From: Patescibacteria group bacterium
GTDB taxonomy: Bacteria; Patescibacteriota; Patescibacteriia; UBA9934; GWF2-40-263
DNA: 64,000 nucleotides
Reading direction: 5' to 3'
NCBI GenBank assembly: GCA_041661745.1
Contig: JBAZTR010000001.1
Span: 79,740-143,739 of the forward strand
Shown: positions 60,239-64,000 of the stretch, piece by piece
Layout of the letters: each line of letters opens with the position of its first letter
Position numbering within the stretch: the first letter of the stretch is position 1
The notes under the pieces: model-generated
Database searches by the model: none
What the model saw: the letters and a program-made list of their open reading frames with translations, nothing else
What the model was told of the DNA's origin: nothing
Translations under genes and position numbers: made by a program

Positions 60239-60400
60239 CAAATAAACAATCAAGCGTCGTATAAGATATATTGTGCGACACATAATATTTCCTTTAGTCT
60301 TTGGGTCAGGGACTGCCCTACTTCATTAACTAGATCCTTGATTTTTTTGTTTGATAGTGATTAACTTTCTCTGCCCCAGCAACAACCGGGAGACCTCAAA

Positions 60401-60745
60401 ATGCTCATCAGCGAAATCTTCTTTCTGATCATGTTCAACGTCAGCTTCGCGGCCGCGGGGTTCTGCCTTGCTCTCCTCGTCATCTGGTTCATCGAGTCGC
60501 TCTGCACCGGCCTTAAGGCCTATAACGTGGTAAGAATAAGGCCGTGGAGCCCCGTCACGGTGAGCCTGGCCGCGTCGTTGTTCGTCGGCTTTCTCTTCAC
60601 CCCGCTCGAGCTGCCCGACAAGCAGCCGCCGGTCCTCATCCTCATGGGCTTCGGCGCATGTCTGGCTCTCTGCCAGAACTTCGGCAACTTCCTCGACGCC
60701 TTGCACGAGGAACAGCGGCGACATCGCTCGCCACCTGATCCGTAG
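60401..60745 (+). CDS. Small 3-TM hypothetical protein, GC-rich
   Basis: TTGATT-N18-TAACTT promoter, GGGAG SD-like motif, terminator CCACCC CTCAACC GGGTGG TTTTT at 60771-60794. Confidence 0.7.
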   Translation: MLISEIFFLIMFNVSFAAAGFCLALLVIWFIESLCTGLKAYNVVRIRPWSPVTVSLAASLFVGFLFTPLELPDKQPPVLILMGFGACLALCQNFGNFLDALHEEQRRHRSPPDP

Positions 60746-60850
60746 TGCGGGTCATCTTACCCTTCCTTCCCCACCCCTCAACCGGGTGGTTTTTATTTTG
60801 TGTCGTAAAATTAAAACCACCCGGGAGGATGGCTTTAATTTTTATTTATT

Positions 60851-61060
60851 TTAAAATCCGGCCAACGAAGCAAAATTGGTAAAGTAAGACAGAAGCAGAA
60901 TTGCTAATCCAATAACCCATGAAATTACTAAAATAGAAACAAAGGCCTTGATATTATCGTCATCGTTCATGACCGAAAGGATCATCCAAATGGAAAATCC
61001 GATAAAACCAATGAACGGCGCGAGAAAAAGAAACCAACCGATTATTTTGAGCCAAGACAT
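60851..61060 (-). CDS. Small 2-TM hypothetical protein
   Basis: Hydrophobic hairpin; co-directional with the M23 gene and gltX. Confidence 0.65.
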   Translation of the reverse strand: MSWLKIIGWFLFLAPFIGFIGFSIWMILSVMNDDDNIKAFVSILVISWVIGLAILLLSYFTNFASLAGF

Positions 61061-61066
61061 ATTTTG

Positions 61067-61120
61067 GGGGTTAAAGGGGTTTAAGGGGACGAAGAGGACG
61101 AAGGGGTTAAAGGGATTTTA
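61067..61120. repeat. Six 9-nt tandem units (unpaired arm)
   Basis: GGGGTTAAA GGGGTTTAA GGGGACGAA GAGGACGAA GGGGTTAAA GGGATTTTA. Confidence 0.8.
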
Positions 61121-62359
61121 ATTATTTACCAAATAATCTAACGGATTGGTTGGAATGCCATCTTTGCGGACTTCAAAGTGTAAGTGTGGACCAGTAGAAA
61201 GACCGGCTCCGGGCATACCTGGGCGACCGCCGGAAAGACCAATCGCTTCACCCCGCGAAACAAACTGGTCGGCTTCAACCAAAATTTTTGATAAGTGCGC
61301 GTACAAAGTAGCTATACCATTTGCGTGAATAACCAAAACATAATTACCATACGAAACCCCTTGTCTGACCCAAGCAACATAGCCAGGGGCAGCAGAACCG
61401 ACCGGTGTCCCGACAGGTATTGGCAAATCAATGCCAGGGTGCTCAAAAAGGTGACGGAATGGGTAAGTTGGATCATGAAAGGTAGCCGAAAGCCCCTTTG
61501 CCGGCACAAATGGCCATGACAAAACTGAACTGTCGCCAAGCGAATCGCCGGTTTTTAATTTTTCCTCAATGTCGTATTGCAAAGCGCTGATTTGGCGGTT
61601 GATGTATTGTTCTTCGGCCAATAAATCGTTTAAAATTTCTTGGAACTCGGCTTCCGAAGCCGCAGCCTGGGCAATAAGCGTGGTCTTGGCGTTCATTTGG
61701 TTTTCCAACAATAAAGATTTTTGTTCCAATTCTTTTTGAAGGTCTTCCAACGAAACTAGTCGCGCTTCCTGTTCTGATTTAAAAGATTGAAGAGAATTTT
61801 TTGTTGTCACAACCTCATCTAACGTTTGGTTAAGGTTTTCGTGAACAGTTTCCAAATTTTCCACACGACCAGAAAGATCGGAAAAAGAATCACTGCCAAG
61901 CAACCATTCCACAACCGAGGTGTCGTCAGTTGAACGGATTTCCCTTAAAACCGAGGCAATCATTTCCCTTTCCCGGGCCAGGGCACTTTCCGCTTCGACA
62001 ATTTCGGTATCGGTTATGCGCATTTCGGCATCAAGATTGTTTATTTCTTCTGTCGAGGCTTCCATTTCCAGTTGCGTTTGGGCCACCCGGTTATCTAGAA
62101 GTTCGATTTCGTTACTTAATGTAATTTGTTTGGATTCGGCTTGGCTGATTTTAGTTTTATAAGCGTCGATTTGCGAATTGATTTGGTCAATTTTTAATTG
62201 ACGCACGGAAATTTCGTCATTGATATCCTGAATTTCCACCACAGCATCCTCAGCAGAAACAAAAGCACCGCCCTGATTAAAAATCAAAGTGCTAATGACA
62301 AGAGCAAAAAATATTTTCCTCCAATTGCGCATATTAGGCGCTAAGAAGTTGAACGGCAT
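61118..62359 (-). CDS. Coiled-coil M23 peptidase (EnvC/murein hydrolase-like)
   Basis: Signal peptide, coiled coil, HPGID, YAHL, TGPHLHFEVR. Confidence 0.92.
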   Translation of the reverse strand: MPFNFLAPNMRNWRKIFFALVISTLIFNQGGAFVSAEDAVVEIQDINDEISVRQLKIDQINSQIDAYKTKISQAESKQITLSNEIELLDNRVAQTQLEMEASTEEINNLDAEMRITDTEIVEAESALAREREMIASVLREIRSTDDTSVVEWLLGSDSFSDLSGRVENLETVHENLNQTLDEVVTTKNSLQSFKSEQEARLVSLEDLQKELEQKSLLLENQMNAKTTLIAQAAASEAEFQEILNDLLAEEQYINRQISALQYDIEEKLKTGDSLGDSSVLSWPFVPAKGLSATFHDPTYPFRHLFEHPGIDLPIPVGTPVGSAAPGYVAWVRQGVSYGNYVLVIHANGIATLYAHLSKILVEADQFVSRGEAIGLSGGRPGMPGAGLSTGPHLHFEVRKDGIPTNPLDYLVNN

Positions 62360-63827
62360 GATTTAAACGATTGAGTGATTCCTCTTTACCCAAAACCCAA
62401 ATTAACTCAAATGGGCTGGGTGAAGCCGCGGCCCCTGACAAAGCCGCGCGCAACGGCCAAAGAACGGCGCCGTTTTGTAAGTTGTTACTTACAATATACT
62501 CCCGAATGGCCGCTTCAATCAACTCGACCGAGGACAAATTTAATGTTTCAAACAACGGAATAATTTTTTTAAGCTGCTCTAATGCTTCTTCTCCGGCGAA
62601 GCCGGACCCGGCTCCGCCGGGCCTGCTGGATTTTTTCCAAATCAAAAGTTCAGCCGCATAATCAGGTAATTTTTGATACGAATCAACTTTTTCCACGATA
62701 TCCGAAAGTAAAACCAAACGTTCACGTTCAACTGTACAGATTTTTTTGATCAGCTCGGGGGAAAAGGTCTTCCCTGCCTCGGCCAAATACGGCAAACAAA
62801 GGGTTGTCAACTCATCGACCGACGTCTTGTGGATATATTGGCTGTTCATCCAGTTAAGCTTCTCAACATCAAAGACAGCTCCGGCCTTATTCACTTTCTC
62901 AATGTCAAAAAGTTCAATAAATTCGGCCATGGAATAAATTTCCTGGTCAGCTTTGGGGTTAAAGCCACAAAGAGCCATGTAGTTATTTAGAGCCGCAGGT
63001 AGATATCCTTTTTTCAAAAAGTCTTCAACAGAAACATCACCCTGTCTTTTGGAAAGTTTCTTTTTGTCTTTATTCAAAACCTGGGGTAAGTGAGCAAAGA
63101 ATGGGATTTCCCAACCCAGCGCTTTATATATCACCAAATGTTTTGGTGTTGATGGCAGCCATTCTTCAGCTCGAAAAGCATGAGTGATTTTCATGAAATG
63201 GTCATCAACCACCACGGCCAAGTGATAAGTCGGAAAACCATCTGATTTTAAGATAATCGGGTCATCAACTTCGGCGTTATCAAATTTTATATGACCACGA
63301 ATCAAATCATCGAATTCCGAAGTCCCCTCGGGAATTCTTAAACGAATAACATATTTTTCACCGGCTGCTAATTTTGCTTGAATTTCTTCCGGAGTTAAAC
63401 GAAGACAGGTCCGATCGTATTTCGGCGGAAGTTTGGCCAGAGCCAATTCTTTATGCATGGTTTCCAATCTTTCTTCACTGCAAAAACAATAATAAGCCGA
63501 GCCCCGTTCCACCAATAATTTGGCGTGTTCTTGATATAACGCCAGGCGGCTTGATTGGGTGTAAGGACCAAACTCGCCTTTTTCACCAAGTGTCCCGTCG
63601 TCTTTAATTATCGGACCCTCGTCATAATCAACGCCGACTTGGCCTAAAACTTTGATTAAATTTTCAACAGCTCCCGGCACATAACGACTTTGGTCAGTAT
63701 CCTCAACTCTTAGAAGAAACTGGCCATGATGTTTTCTGGCAAAAAAATAACTGTACAAAGCCGAACGCAGTCCACCTATGTGAAGGTAACCGGTTGGCGA
63801 AGGGGCGAAGCGGGTGCGAATGACCAT
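62334..63827 (-). CDS. gltX: Glutamyl-tRNA synthetase
   Basis: RFAPSPTGYLHIGG, KLSKR. Confidence 0.97.
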   Translation of the reverse strand: MVIRTRFAPSPTGYLHIGGLRSALYSYFFARKHHGQFLLRVEDTDQSRYVPGAVENLIKVLGQVGVDYDEGPIIKDDGTLGEKGEFGPYTQSSRLALYQEHAKLLVERGSAYYCFCSEERLETMHKELALAKLPPKYDRTCLRLTPEEIQAKLAAGEKYVIRLRIPEGTSEFDDLIRGHIKFDNAEVDDPIILKSDGFPTYHLAVVVDDHFMKITHAFRAEEWLPSTPKHLVIYKALGWEIPFFAHLPQVLNKDKKKLSKRQGDVSVEDFLKKGYLPAALNNYMALCGFNPKADQEIYSMAEFIELFDIEKVNKAGAVFDVEKLNWMNSQYIHKTSVDELTTLCLPYLAEAGKTFSPELIKKICTVERERLVLLSDIVEKVDSYQKLPDYAAELLIWKKSSRPGGAGSGFAGEEALEQLKKIIPLFETLNLSSVELIEAAIREYIVSNNLQNGAVLWPLRAALSGAAASPSPFELIWVLGKEESLNRLNHAVQLLSA

Positions 63828-63828
63828 A

Positions 63829-63999
63829 TTAATTTCTGAAAAAATTTTCGATTATTTTTTTAGCTTCTTCTAGGTTTTGATATCTTCCGATAAGCATTTT
63901 ATCGTTTCCGTCAATCATGGGAGAAAGTTTCTTTTCACCAGTATCACGAAACAAACAAAGAGTTTTTTTGCCAAGTTCTTCGGCTTTCGCAACTTCGTA
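63829..63999 (-). CDS. 3' end of a nucleoside 2-deoxyribosyltransferase/Rcl-like protein (5' part outside window)
   Basis: Manual translation YEVAKAEELGKKTLCLFR...KLSPMIDGN. Confidence 0.7.
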   Translation of the reverse strand, partial: YEVAKAEELGKKTLCLFRDTGEKKLSPMIDGNDKMLIGRYQNLEEAKKIIENFFRN

Positions 64000-64000
64000 G

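Noticed and set aside
60137-60364. 75-aa ORF
   Set aside because: Open frame produced by the 9-nt periodic hairpin; non-ATG start and no motifs

Overview
AT-leaning bacterial chromosome segment in the standard genetic code (TGA is a stop). Gene content, A/T-rich leaders that mostly lack Shine-Dalgarno motifs, and the repeat families point to Patescibacteria/CPR (inference). Core genes: dnaX, an RsmF-like methylase, dusB, a copA cluster, zur-znuACB, pepA, the full atpIBEFHAGDC operon (atpD broken by a 1-nt deletion), a UvrD-nuclease fusion, mreBCD-mrdA, greA, lysS, a double-domain Ddl, an ftsQ-like gene, pgi, an M23 peptidase and gltX. No CRISPR, transposase, integrase or rRNA was seen. Most unusual signals: (1) a tRNA-like cloverleaf with Ala identity (G3:U70, A73) but a TGA anticodon, whose 5' leader has two blocks complementary to its D-stem 3' strand and anticodon arm; the tRNA-Gln gene also has an antisense/decoy leader; (2) four GC-rich, SD-led monocistronic genes whose GC shift runs from just after a native AT-rich promoter to a CTC-loop terminator; (3) hairpins built from 7- or 9-nt periodic units, one pair enclosing a four-helix-bundle (IVP-type) gene, concentrated in the atp operon; (4) palindromic repeats inserted in frame in housekeeping proteins; (5) a class F sortase between two LPxTG ice-binding-domain proteins; (6) unrelated proteins sharing an N-terminal leader module. 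All calls come from reading the sequence; no searches were run.
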